A stretch of DNA of 64,000 bases. It comes from Heptranchias perlo. Its lineage: Eukaryota. Every line of letters starts with the position of its first letter. Position 1 is the stretch's first letter. Both the position numbers and the translations under genes were made by a program. Shown one piece after another: positions 1-12,329 of this stretch. The stretch spans positions 190,154,001-190,218,000 of the forward strand of contig NC_090325.1 in the NCBI RefSeq assembly GCF_035084215.1. Direction: 5' to 3'. The notes below the pieces were generated by a model, which was given only the letters and a program-made list of their open reading frames with translations, had not been told where the DNA came from and searched no databases.

Positions 1-739
1 GTCCCACTGCCTTAACGCATTAACAGCAAATGATGTTTATGCACCTGGACACAAGTCGGGCACATTTGCCCATGACTTGGCAGTAAAATTAGCGCATGAG
101 CTTGAATAGATGAGTATTTGCCCTGGTGACTTTAATGTTTGTGATACTTGTTGATTTAATAAGGTAGTGTTGAAAGGGGAGAAGCTAATAGTCTTTAGAC
201 TGTAAGTATTCTGTGGCTTATTGTGAAATCCTGTACTGCCTGTGGGTATCGAATGGCTAATAAAAAAGTGAAGGATTATCACTTCCATGTCGGTATAAAG
301 TTTTGCACACAGACTAAAGTAATTAATAGATGTTTTGGACTAAAACAATTTTTTTGTTTAGCAAAGACATTTTGCTAAATTAACTGGAATTAAAAATGTG
401 TTCTTAGGAAAGGTCAGTCCCATTCCCTGCAAACATCCTGAATCATCTGTCCAATTTCAGTGCTGGCAAAAAAAACATTTGGCTCGATTGCCTAATCATG
501 TCAGGAAATTGCTTCAACTTCAGGTTTGCTAGTTCTTCTTGGAACTGGAGACTGTTTAACTAAAGTTTACTATCAGACATAAGAAAAGTCAAAGATGAAG
601 ATAATCCACTGAAGCTCATCCTTCTGGTACCCTAAATACCCTAACTCTCCTATCTTAACAATATTACTTTGAATGTCTCTTTATTTATTACATAAACAAG
701 CAAATTATTCTCAACATTTCAGATAAACAGTGATGAATT

Positions 740-1497
740 TTGGAAGGAAAAATGAGGAGAGGCATTATAAATTAAATGGTACAATTTTAAAGGGGTACAG
801 GAACAGGGAGGACCTAGGGGTTCACATACACAAATTTTTGAAGGTGGCAGGACAAGTTGATAAACTTGTTAAATAAGCATACATAAACAGAGGCATAGAG
901 TACAAAAGCAAGGACGTTATGGTCAACTTTTATAAACCACTGGTTAGGCCTCAGCTAGAATATTGTGTCCAAATCTGGGCACCACTCTTCAGGAAGGATG
1001 TCAAGGCCTTCGAGAGGGTGCAGAGGAGATTTACTAGAATGGCGCCAGGGATGAGGGACTTCAGTCATGCGGAGAGACTAGATAAGCTGGGATTGTTCTC
1101 CTTGGAGCAGAGAAGGTTAAGGGGAGATTTGATAGAGGTGTTCAAAATGATGAGGGGTTTTGATCGAGTAGATGGAGAGAAACTGTTTCTAATGGCAGGA
1201 GAGTAGGTAACCAGAGGTCATACATTTAAGATAATTGGCAAAAAATCCAGTGGGGAAATGAAGAGAAATGATTTTACTCGGCGGGTTGTCATGATCTGGA
1301 ATGCACTACCTGAAAGGGTGGTGGAAGCAGATTCAGTAGTAACTTTCAAAAGGAAATTGGATATATACTTGAAAAGGAAACATTTGCAGAGCCATGGGCA
1401 AAGAGCTGGGGAGTGGGACTAATTGGATAGCTTTTAAAGAGCCAGCACAGACAAGATGGGCTGAATGGCCTCCTTCTGTGCTGTATCATTCTATAAT
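740..1497 (+). mobile_element. CR1/HER1-like LINE, 3' fragment (ORF2 C-terminus and 3' UTR)
   Basis: ORF 919-1206 LVRPQLEYCVQIWAP...LFSLEQRRLRGDLIEVFKMM matches the typical CR1 ORF2 C-terminus. Ends in the CR1 tail gggctgaatggcctccttctgtgctgtatcattctat. Confidence 0.92.
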
Positions 1498-3270
1498 TTA
1501 TTACTCTTGAGTAAAAAAGTTCTTCCCAATATGTTTACATTTGTTTTGTTTTACAAATTTGAACATATGCCCTCAATTACAATTTTCCTGGCTTACTTTG
1601 AAGTAATTTATCTTATCTGTACTATTGTTTAAACACTAGTCAATCTCCCATGGTGTTGTATACGGAGAGACAAGAGCAAGTGTAGTATTCAGCTGAAGGA
1701 GGATATAATTCGACATGGGATGCAGATATAATTCAGTCCTCCATTTTAAAGCCATATAATTTAACTTTGGTTTTATTTAATACTTTGGTTATCTATTATT
1801 GCTAATCAATTTGCTTCACGTGTTAACCATGGGTGACTTTGTGCAATAGTGTAAAACAGCTACTAGCGTTTTACATCACTCCCGATTGTTACTGAAAAAA
1901 TGGTGGTTCAAAAGTTTTCAGTTGAAAAATTTTCTAAAGGTATTTTGAGTGATTTATGTGAAAAAGCCACTTGGTGGCCAGGTTGTGCAGTTACAATGTA
2001 ATGATTTTACATAGGCAGATCCCATTATAAATGTGGACATAAGAACTTACAATGGCAAAAAGTTGACAAAAATGTAACAATGGTAAATAAGCTTTCGAAC
2101 ACAGCAAGTGAACGCAGATGCAAGATTTTTAATAAGATATAGGTTTATCGCCAAATGGCAAAACTTACTGAAATTTGAGAAGCAAAGAAATAGAATTAGC
2201 TGGAACATAAAAGTTTTTTGCAGTACAGGCTGAGGAGCTGAGAAATGCAAAACAGAGGCACGACAATGCCACTATTGGTGAGATGGTGTAATTACAATGT
2301 GGCAAGTTTGCATAGTCAGTTACTATTATAAATGTGGACATATGAATTTGTAATGGAAGAGTGCGCGGACATAAGCTTTCCAATATATTATAGTTATATT
2401 TCAATGAAGTTCCTCCAGCTAGTTTGTCCAGACCGTAGGGTGTACAGGATAGTGTGATGCCAGGCTTCAGTTTGGGTGCTCGACAGTGCTCACTCAATCG
2501 CGTGATTGGGGGTTGTTCAAAGGAAAAGGTTTTCTGATTCTGTTGTTTGAATCAACGTGGATGATGTAAATTAAAGAGAATACATCAGCCTACTTGTACT
2601 CTCAGTGCTATATAACTGCACTCTATTAAGGTCAAGGTGACCTGAACTGAAAGTGTTTCTTCTGGATGTATTCTGAATGCACTGCTTCTAAAGCCAGTCA
2701 AGTTAATAAATCACCCACCCAATGCAACGCATGACATATTTCCTCAGTTAAATCTAGTCAGAGATTTGTGTCAAATAGCTCAGGGAACCTTTATATGAAA
2801 CTCTTGACTTTCTGGTCCCGAGCAGCACCCAGATCACTGTTTGAGTTATTTGTAATCTGTGTGCACATAGCTCCCAGTCATTACACTGGGCACCCTGGAA
2901 GGTATATACTGCAATCTCAGAGCAATCAGAAATCCTCAGCTGTTTGAAGGCGACGTTTTTTTTGTGCCAATGTGTGTTATGTGGTAAACTGTCATTTCTG
3001 GTGGTGTTTAATTGTGATGAAAACTTGTTGTTTCTGCTTATCTGTCCGTTATGGAGTGTGCTGCTGCATTCTACACTTAATAGATGTTTTCATTTCAACT
3101 AAGCCAACAATGTGTTTTTTTCTCGTTCACTAAACGTTTAAGTTAATTATTGTTTTTCTGTTTGGATTTATTTACATTTCCCATGTTTTATGTGTCTCAT
3201 TTTGCTTTTCTTTTGTTCTTTTGTTTTTTCCATCCATTTCATCTCATTCCGTATTCGCTGCTACAGCTAG

Positions 3271-3312
3271 GCTAATCATTACAACAGTCTGAAGGAAGTC
3301 CCAGGTCTTCAG
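3271..3312 (+). CDS. Candidate 42-nt internal (cassette) exon of an unidentified host gene, peptide ANHYNSLKEVPGLQ
   Basis: About 80-nt polypyrimidine tract (3190-3260), acceptor ctacagctag, donor CAG/gtatga at 3312/3313. The 42-nt form is open only in phase 0. Flanks are free of recognisable repeats. Protein not recognised. Confidence 0.5.
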
Positions 3313-3496
3313 GTATGATACAAGCTAAAGTGCAATCCATTAACCTTTTATCAGTAGCCCACATTGCTTATTGAATGACTTTCATTACAACACTGTTTTG
3401 TCTTTTGTGAAGTTTGTTGCAAATCTTTTGTTCTTTGCAAAGTTTTGGTGTGTTTATATTGTATTCTGTTTAACCACCAGCTCTAATGTCTTACAT

Positions 3497-3670
3497 ACAA
3501 TTACATAGAATTTTACAGCATAGAAACAGGCCACTTGGTCCAACTGGTCTCCGCCAGTGTTTATGCTCCACATGAGCCTCCTCCCACCTTACTTCATCTC
3601 ACCTTGTCAACATATGCTTCTATTCCTTTCCCCCTCATGTACTTATCTATAGCTTCCCAGTAAATGCAAT
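3497..3670 (-). mobile_element. CR1-like LINE 3' tail fragment
   Basis: catagaattttacagcatagaaacaggcc...gtgtttatgctccac; same family as 4613-4928, 25108-25228 and 62130-62485. Confidence 0.8.
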
Positions 3671-4373
3671 AGAATTGTATTTCGCTCAATGGAATCGTGC
3701 TTTTACTCATCTAAAGCCATTGTACATTGGTGCGGGTTGCGCACCCAGGTATGTTATAATGGTGGGCAAAGAACAATAGCTTGGAGTTTCCTCCTTGGGC
3801 ACAACCCAGAAGATAGACTCGAAAATGCGTCCAATGTTGCGGCCATTTTGCCGATGTCAAGTTACGCCCAAGTACCCTCCCGATATCGTTAGAATGCATC
3901 GGAACTTAAAATGGGCACAAATCAGCATTATCAATCGGAGCCCAAGGAAAGCACCGAACCCACATTAATATATTTCTTCTTTAAGCATGAAAATTTAAGT
4001 TTCAACTCATTTAACCATCATTCATGCACATTAGGTACAGCTTTTTTAAGAACCGGCAATTGGGGAAGCTTTTCAATTTTTAACGTGGCTTACACTTAGG
4101 CCATTAAAATCCATTCAAAGGAACAGAAAATATAAAGTAGGTCACACTGAGGATAATTTTTTTTTTTAAAAACACTCAAAAAATTGCAAGTAAACACCAG
4201 AAGAATCACTTTCTTTCCTGCTGCGCCTGAAAATCTGGTTGCAATGTGAAGAGACCCTCCAAACAAGTGCAACTGAAGGATGCATGCGTTGGAGAGTCGG
4301 GGACGGAAATTCATTTGAACGAAGGTTTGATGGACGGACAAAAAAGATCAAGGAGACTTGGGCATATTGGAGT

Positions 4374-4612
4374 TAACAACGACGACAGCTTGCATTTATA
4401 TAGCGCCTTTAACGTAGTAAAACAGCCCCAAGGCACTTCACAGGTGCGCTATCAAACAATATTTGACACCGAGCTATATAAGGAGAAATTAGGACAGGTG
4501 ACCAAAAGCTTGATCATAGAGGTAGGTTTTAAGGAGCGTCTTGAAGGAGGTGAGAGAGGTTGAGAGGCGGAGAGGTCACGGGAGGCAATCCCAGAGCTTA
4601 GGGCCTAGGCAG
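4374..4612 (-). mobile_element. L2-like LINE 3' end
   Basis: aacaac..ttgcatttatatagcgcctttaacgtagtaaaac tail shared with many copies (13294, 31078, 33133, 60140). Confidence 0.8.
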
Positions 4613-4928
4613 TGGAGAAGATGTCTCCACTTGTGGGGGAGACCAAAACTAGGCACAATAAATATCAGATAGTCACCAATAAATCTGATAGGGAGCTCAA
4701 GAGAAACTTCTTCACTCAGAGAGTGGTCAGAATGTGGAACGCGCTACCATTTGGAGTAGTTAAGCCGAATAACATTTAAAGGTAAGCCAGATAAACACGA
4801 GGGAGAAAAGAGTAGAAAGTTAAGCTGATTGGGTTGGATGAAGAGGGGTGGGAGGAGGCTCGTGTGGAGCATAAACATGGACCAGTTGGGCTGAATGGCC
4901 TGTTTCTGTGCTGCACATTCTATGTAAT
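4613..4928 (+). mobile_element. CR1-like LINE 3' fragment
   Basis: aacttcttcactcagagagtggtcagaatgtggaac (FFTQRVVRMWN) followed by the CR1 tail. Confidence 0.85.
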
Positions 4929-5060
4929 CTCTAGTTGCCCTTGAGAAGGTGGCGGTGAGCCACCTTCTTAAACCGCTGCAGTCATGTGGTGAAGGTACTC
5001 CCACAGTATTGTTAGACAGGGAGTTTCAGGATGTTGACCCAGCGACCCCAAAAAGGACGA
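4929..5060 (-). mobile_element. 3' fragment of the LINE family at 56758-58193
   Basis: gcccttgagaaggtggcggtgagccaccttcttaaaccgctgcagtc matches 56828-56875. Confidence 0.8.
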
Positions 5061-5544
5061 AGGAATTTCAGTATCAATGAAGGCTGCGATATTGGCAGAT
5101 CGAATGTTCACGTGGCATTCCTTTGATTGCTATCGTAACGTAGCTTTCATCTGTTTATTTTAAATGGTCAAAAAACACCTCCATTAAAATAACAGACGGA
5201 GGAATTTTGTACAAACATGTGAAGCACTCATTCCGTTACGATCACCAGTAGTAAATTCTGGACTTTCATCTCTCATACTACCAGCATGCCTATCAATGAT
5301 GTACTTCTGTGGAATTATCTGTAAAATGCATTCATTAGAGGTCAGCTATCAGTGAAAATGAGCTGCCTTACCCAAACCATTGATTCCTTTATTGATTGCA
5401 AACCATTTTTTTCTAATGCGAGATAATAAGGCACACATTAATATTTATTGTACCTGTCAAAAATATGATGCCATCTTCCAAAAAATTGATTTATTTTCCT
5501 TTTTTCTTTCAATTCTCTCCCCTTCTGTCACCCTGCAGAATTTG

Positions 5545-5855
5545 ACTCTTCGCCCCTCCCTATCTCTGTAACCTCCTCCAGCCCCCCAGAGCTGTCCATT
5601 CCTCTGAGTCTAGACTCTTGTGCATTTCCCCCTCCCTTGGCCCATCATTCGCAGCGTGCCTTCAGCCATCCAGTCCCCACACTCTGGAATTCCCTCTTTA
5701 AACCCCTCTCTTCCTTTAAGATCCTCCTTAAAACCCACCTCTTTGACCACGCTTTTGTTTATCGTTCCTTCTTTGGCTCAGCGTCCATTTTTATGAAGCG
5801 CCGCGGGAGGTTTCGCTATGTTAAAGGCACTATATAAATGCAAATTGTTGCTGTT
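5545..5855 (+). mobile_element. L2-like LINE 3' end
   Basis: ctctggaattccctc...aaaggcactatataaatgcaaattgttgctgttg tail. Confidence 0.8.
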
Positions 5856-5861
5856 GGTTCA

Positions 5862-6385
5862 TTACAGTTCCACAGGCACCCAGTAGCCTTCTGGTGGCTC
5901 ATGCAAGTGACCATTTTACATGTGTAAGTCGAAGCAGCGAGGGGGAGAAATTGGCCTTGGGCAGTGTGCAAAACGGGCGGTGTCGCATCAGCTGCCCATT
6001 ATACGCCCAGCTCGATATAATGAGACCGAATATCAAGTGGGGCGTATAACAGGTGGCCGATACGACACCTCCCAAGGCCAGTTTCTTCCCTGAGTGTCAG
6101 AAGGCCATTCGGCCGCAGGCACTGCAGCTAAACCCAAAAGTGCCTTACCCAGCATCCGCACATGCACAGTTCCAGCAGCGGTCGGTGGATCGTGATGAAG
6201 AGGAGGAGGCCCCGCCTAATGTCTCCACTGCCAGTCCCAGGGAGACTGGGGTGAACTGAAGTCCTTTCACTTACGCACTGGCTGATATCAGCTGACTCAG
6301 CACAGACTGTCGACTAAATGCAGAACCTTCCTGATCCGTGCGCTTGAGTTACTCACCACCTTAACCAGCTGATCCACAGAGGGAG
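5862..6385 (-). mobile_element. Ancient tRNA-derived SINE (same family as 11740-12135), interrupted by a MITE
   Basis: Reverse complement aligns by eye with 11740-12135 (gtggaactgta..., ctgtgctgagtcagctgat...). Confidence 0.6.
5941..6090. mobile_element. Palindromic MITE (~150 bp), probably PIF/Harbinger-type
   Basis: Terminal inverted repeats GGGAGAAATTGGCCTTGGG / CCCAAGGCCAGTTTCTTCCC; internal inverted ttatacgccc / gggcgtataa; flanks cga / tga suggest a 3-bp TSD. Confidence 0.75.
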
Positions 6386-7319
6386 TCGGATATATATCAC
6401 TAATACAGATGATATTAAATACATGCGTAAAATATAAAGAGGCATCAAATATTTTTGAAAACATTAATTATTCTCTAAGGCAGTGTGGACTCCTCGAGCC
6501 AAAAGATATAAAATGTTATTAATGAAAATGCATTCACATAACGGTAACATCATACTTTATTAAATTATATCAATTATTTTGAATATATGTCAAGTGTATG
6601 GAAGTAAAGATTGTACTTGAAAAAATATGCTACAAATGACCATGTCTTTGGCACTGTTTAATGTTAGTGAGATTGTCAAATGGTTGAAATATTTTGGAGG
6701 GAAGCACTATATCGTTTGAAATTATGGCTTAAATACCTGCCCCAATGTTGTCCACATCTCTGAAGATTTAATAAGTTTTCAACCATAATAATTATTAGAA
6801 GCATCATTCACGGCTCACAATAAGAACACCGAATAAGACTTTGAACCATTTGTCTCTAGATGATGGCTGGATGCTAAGTCATGTGACTTTGCTTGACAAC
6901 CCTGTGCAGGATATCAGGCTGGGTCCTACTGTCAGTCTGCTGCTTATTGGGCTTGGCTATGCGAGGGGTATGACATAATGGCACAATATTGTGTGTGTCC
7001 TATTGAAAAGTATGGGTTGTGGAAAAGGTTTATACTTCATGCATCTTTTAAGGGATATTGATTGACATTGCATTTTCATTCTTTGTTATAGAGTTTATAC
7101 ATAATCACAAAAAGCATTTCTATTAAAGTAGCATTCAAGAGTGGCATTTACCTAATTCTCCAGCGTAATCACATTCCATGGGAACAAATATTTTTTCTTC
7201 AGTAAATTGAATTATTCTCTACAAATAGTCTTTTCATCGTTTTACAACATCTTCAAAAACGATTAAAGAGGTAGGTCGAACACCATTTACGATTAGTGGG
7301 AGAAAATAGCACCAGTCGT

Positions 7320-7490
7320 TCTGGTGAATTTACGTTGGGGTTCTCCCGCTCGTCTGCCGTTACATTGGTGGAAGAGCCACGAACGCCACACCAAATAAAT
7401 GGTGTAAATGGTGCTGTTCCTGGGGTTTGCATTGGCTCTTCTGCCGAAGTTACCGCAGGTGACTGGGGAGCCTCTGCGGAAATTCACCCC
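7320..7490. mobile_element. Palindromic MITE (~170 bp)
   Basis: ggtgaattt ... aaattcacc termini; internal inverted gaagagcca / tggctcttc. Confidence 0.65.
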
Positions 7491-8014
7491 CATAATTCAT
7501 AACGGGCTGATTCAAGTGTGAGCGTTTTACGTCTGGCTGTGACGATAAGCATGTGTCACACGGTCACCGCACCCACATTTTAGGAATGAGAGTTTGAGTG
7601 AATGCGGATATCAAATTTGACTTTCCAAGGTCTGAAATTTTGATTCAAGTTTTAAGGCTAATGTGGTGATGAGGGAAGTAGCTTTTCCGCCAGAGTCTTA
7701 GATGGCTACTTTGTCCGCATATTTAAATAGTGGCCAATTCTCTTTATCATGAGTACTCCACAGATTGGAGCCCCCAGTACTGCTCGTAAGAATATCTTAC
7801 AAACTACCTATTCCTTAGTACTGGTGCAGTTTAGTAGAACATTTTCACCTGAGTGAAGGAGCTAGAGTAACAGAACAATACTGCAAGGAATTGGAATTGA
7901 CATAAACCAACCACAATGCAACGTGTCTTCCTCCTCCTCACCAGCAATCAGATTTCCCACATGTATATGTTTCATTGTAAAAGGGCGTTATCTCAGTGAA
8001 TTGATTGCGGAATG

Positions 8015-8386
8015 GTTCCACAGAGACTTGAGCACAGTACTGAATGCAGTACTGAGGAAGCGCTACACTGTTGGAGGTGCCGTCTTTGAGATGAGACGTT
8101 AAACCGAGACCCTGTCTACCCTTTCAGGTGGATATAAAAGATCCCATGGTGCTATTTTGTAGATGAGCAGGGGTGTTCTCCCCAGTGTCCTGGCCAATAT
8201 TTATCCCTAACCCAATATCACTAAAAAAAAACAGATGCTCTGGTCATTTAATTTATTGCTGTTTGTGGGACTTTTTTGTGCGCAAATTGGCTGCCACATC
8301 TCCGACATTACAACAGTGACTACAATTCAAAAAGTACTTCATTGGCTGGAAAGCGCTTTGGGATGCCCTGAGGTCATGAAAGCCAC
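8015..8386 (+). mobile_element. DeuSINE (SacSINE1-like)
   Basis: Deu-domain-like core gtgtcctggccaatatttatccc...gtgcgcaaattggctgcc...acaacagtgactaca; truncated by the N gap. Confidence 0.8.
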
Positions 8387-8521
8387 NNNNNNNNNNNNNN
8401 NNNNNNNNNNNNNNNNNNNNNNNNNNNNNNNNNNNNNNNNNNNNNNNNNNNNNNNNNNNNNNNNNNNNNNNNNNNNNNNNNNNNNNNNNNNNNNNNNNNN
8501 NNNNNNNNNNNNNNNNNNNNN
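8387..8521. other. Assembly gap (135 N)
   Basis: Run of N. Confidence 1.
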
Positions 8522-8683
8522 CTGTTTTCAATTACAACATAATCTCTATGAACTTTAAAAAGCATTTCATGGAAATAATATTGTGTATGGTATAATTAAA
8601 AGATTAATCATGCTGTGGTCTGAATAACGTTTCCAATGAACCATTCCTTCACATGCTTAGATTCCTACTGCAGAATACACAAA

Positions 8684-9439
8684 GGCCCAGAAATCGCTCA
8701 GAGCAGCGAAACAACACTCCTCACCGCTCCATAGATTTATTCTAACCCACTAACTTACTGGGTGCACTTCCTCAAATAGGAAGCAGAGAAGAGCCCAGCG
8801 TTTGCTCCAGCGACGCTAGGACCCATGGGAGGAGCGAGAGGATCACTCTCTCCCCTCGACCAATCAATTGCAGCATTTTTGACAAGCTGCAAACATTTTC
8901 TGCAGGCTTGTAATGAGAAATCCAGGAAGTGAAAGGTATAACATTAAAATCAGTGTAAAAACAGTTATAGACAGTGGGAAAAAAAAGTGTAAGAAGTAAT
9001 TGAATTAAATAAGAGACATTTTTTTAAATTTTTTAATTAATTTTTTTTAATGACTGAAAACTATTAAAATAAGGAGTAATGTGACTCTACATTTTTAAAA
9101 GTTAATTTTTAGTTGGTTGGCAGACATTAAGACTTACTGTGCTGTTAAAACTTAGTTCAGATCTAATATTTTAAAGCGTACCTGTTTTGTGGAGATATTA
9201 GTTACTTTCCAGCTGGGCAGATGAGCAAGTTGGCACCGGTTCAATGATTTCACTGATTGCAGCCTGCGGTATCCCATTAATGCGAAGCTGTCATGTTGCT
9301 GGCGAACCAGGAAGAACAAGTTCCAGATCCCCGCGTTTCACTGCGCAAGTGCGAGCGCCGGAACTTGCTTCTCCATTTCACCACTAACAACGGAGAGCGC
9401 CGTTGAGCTCACCATTCTTTTCTAAGCATTTTCTAGGCC
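8684..9439. mobile_element. ~750-bp non-autonomous DNA transposon (MITE family A)
   Basis: Termini ggcccagaaatcgct / agcattttctaggcc; reverse-orientation relative of 17243-17892. Confidence 0.7.
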
Positions 9440-9879
9440 ATTGACTTCCATTAAAAAGTCTATTTCCAGTTTTGAAATTAATGATCATCTTAATGATCAT
9501 CTCTCAGAATATTAGCAGTTCTAATAAAGCTACTTTGTAATTGCTACTTTTGTAGGACTTTATACAAAGATCTTCTTAATGTAAAGACCCATTACAGAGA
9601 TTATTACTGGATTCATGGAGGGATTTTTTTCATGCCACACATACCGTGCTGATGTCTTTATATCTGTCCCCGCCTATTGTTAAGGGTAATCTATTAAAAA
9701 AAATGCAGACCTAGGGCTAAACCTTGATCACAATGGCTGAATAAAGAATCAAGTGGAAATTGATGAGGGTTACAAGGAAACAAAAATTAGTGAGGAGTGG
9801 AAGTGTCCAAAATTGGTTTCGGATACCTGAAGCCAACCTTAGAAGAGATCAAAGGACAATTGACAGGCAGATAGCAATT

Positions 9880-9995
9880 AAGAAAGAAAAAATTGCATTT
9901 CTCTAGCGCCTTTCATGACCTCAGGACATCCCAAAGCGCTTTACAGCCAGTGAAGTGCTTTTAAAGTATAGTCATTGTTGTAATGTAGGAAATGT
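9880..9995 (-). mobile_element. DeuSINE 3' tail fragment
   Basis: ttgcatttctctagcgcctttcatgacctcaggacatcccaaagcgctttacagcc. Confidence 0.75.
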
Positions 9996-10363
9996 AATGT
10001 CATAGCAGGAGGGATCCAAATGGATGTTTCACCATTATAGATGGAGGGTTAAAGGAAAGGCAGTTCCTCAAAGAGTTGAGTAGGAAGAGAGGATCATAGA
10101 TTTGTAGATGTATGAAATAGACTCTTCAGATCAATCTTAATAAATAGAGAATCAGGAATTGGCAGATGTGTTGAATGGATTCTTCATGGGTGAATGATGT
10201 CTGTGCATAAACTCAAAATCCAGCCATTTCGGCTCAGGAAATCATAAGGTTGATAAAGGAAGAAGGAGAAAGAAATTGTAACATCCTGAGCACCTCACAG
10301 ACTTCACAACCAATTAATTTCCTTGAAGTGCAGTCTCTGTTGCGTAGGTAAAATAAAGTAGTG

Positions 10364-10575
10364 GTGGGGCTTTTCCTGGGTCTGCGCCCGGGCGCACAGG
10401 ATCGCAACCAGACTGGTCAGAACGTGTGCCTGTAAAGGAACCCACCTGATTTTTCTCTAATGCAATTAATGGAGGAAAATCGGCGCAGGTTCCTTTACAG
10501 TCATGTGCTCCGACCCACATCATTTTTCAATATTCACTGCACCCAGGACATTAAGTGTGCCCGGGCCACCTCCCC
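10364..10575. mobile_element. Palindromic MITE (~210 bp)
   Basis: gcccgggcgcac ... gtgtgcccgggc and cctgtaaaggaac / gttcctttacag inverted segments. Confidence 0.55.
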
Positions 10576-11739
10576 AGTATGCGTCATTGAGAAAGCTCAA
10601 GGGATTAAATAGATAGAAGCATCAAATGATGTTCCTGGCTTTCCACTCATGTTTACCTTCTTTTTTGCTCAAATTAGCGAACAAGAAGAAATACCTTTAA
10701 ATATCTACAAGGCACCTGCAGCTGGTGGGATAGATCCTAGAATCCTCAAGGAGATAAGAAAGGAAAAGGATGCAGCTAATATTTTCAGGAGCTACGTTAG
10801 ATGAGTCATTGAGCCGTAGTACTAAATGGTGTTCATTGAAAGAGTACACGGGTCACAGGGAGTAGTCAGCATGGATTTAGAAGCAGTCTAGGCTGAGGCA
10901 AGCTGGCATCTCAGCAGCCTATTAAACCAACAACGGGAAGGTGGCGGTGTGGTTGAAAACCAATGTTGATTCTACTGCTTTGATTTTAATTCTCATATTG
11001 ACCATATCACGCCGGTGGTGGCGGGGGGAGTTAAAAGCCCCCTCCCCACCCTACAATCTGACAGAATTAAATGGCTGTCAACATCGCTATGCTCTATACT
11101 GGCACATTTTCAAAGCAGAACAGCTTTGTGACACTAAGTAAACGTGCTATGTCAGCATGCATTGAAATTAAAGTGTACTAACCTGCTGACACTCGTATGA
11201 CTTTAATAAGGATTCAAGTCTGGGATCAACTCTATCACGATTATAACACTGCATTTTCACAGCTCCTGTTCCTCCTGCTCAAAAGAAATATGTATCTATA
11301 CCCTGGAGTTTGAGTCAGGGGAACCGATAATTGGGATCTTAGTGAGGTGCTTTTCATAGTAGTAAGCTGTTACAGAGCAAAATATTAGAAATAGAATTAA
11401 ATATGAATAGTTGGTTGGATGTACTTTTTGGCGAGAGCTGAACCTTACACATGCTGAACAGAGTTATAGAAAGTACTGAAACCCCTGGAATGAAGTGTAG
11501 ATCACACTATGATTGCATTAAGTACAGACCATTACTTTTCATGTTTGCCTCTGCACCAATGTTGTTAAACTTTTAACTTGGAAATAAGAATGGTCACGCT
11601 TCAAGTTTTTATGTCATTGGGCAGTCTCCAGCGGTTTTCTCTCCATTGCACCATAAGTGACTCAATCATAAAACCCCAATCGGAAATAACGTGACACTTT
11701 TTAAACTGATTTTGTTCCTCTATTCCTAAATTGACCGTG

Positions 11740-12135
11740 AGCTCCCCTGGTGGCCTAGTGGGTAACTGCAGTGGCTTGTGTCATTCTGAGTCCTCAGGTA
11801 CCAAATCTAATCCCCGACCTGTGCTGAACTTACAGATTTCAGCCAGGGCACTTCCGAGAGCACTACAGTTGAGCTCAATCCCTCTGAGGTGAGGGAGGAG
11901 CGAAGTCATCTGCCCCCTGTGGAAAGTGCTCATGTGTGCTTGTCGGGTGAGGACAGAGTTAGATTAGATTTCGATTGTCCTTCCCGCACCCCGGTTTGAT
12001 AGCTTGGCAGCATTATCTGTCTGGGCTTATATGAGAAAAATGGTTACTTGGACACAAGGTATCAGAGGGCTGTGTGTACCCATGGAACTGTACCCCAGTG
12101 TGAGGCAATCCCTTCAGGAGAGAAAGGACAAAGTT
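11740..12135 (+). mobile_element. Ancient tRNA-derived SINE, near full length (family name uncertain)
   Basis: A-box-like tggcctagtggg head; body motifs ctgtgctgaact, gtcgggtgaggacag and catggaactgtaccccag recur at 5862, 45295 and 49255. Confidence 0.65.
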
Positions 12136-12329
12136 GGACAAAAAATTCAAGTGTGAGGATTGGATGGTACAATGTACTTAGAAAACTATTTGATACCTAG
12201 GTTTCTGACCAGCCAGGACTGATTAGATGAAAGTCTATTCTCTCTGACAGCCGTTAAGTATGGTCCCTATGAGAAATAGAAACATTCACACCGTTTCATT
12301 TGAATGAGTTCTTCAGAGATTGTGGTTAA

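Noticed and set aside
3690-4370. CpG-containing ~680-bp segment that may be another DNA-transposon relic
   Set aside because: No convincing TIRs, TSD or second copy identified.
8235-8565. ORFs containing X runs
   Set aside because: They read through an assembly gap and a SINE.
9690-10880. Very degraded CR1-like sequence (also ~24520-25080, 29555-29960, 34040-34590)
   Set aside because: Only scattered motifs are recognisable; boundaries cannot be supported.
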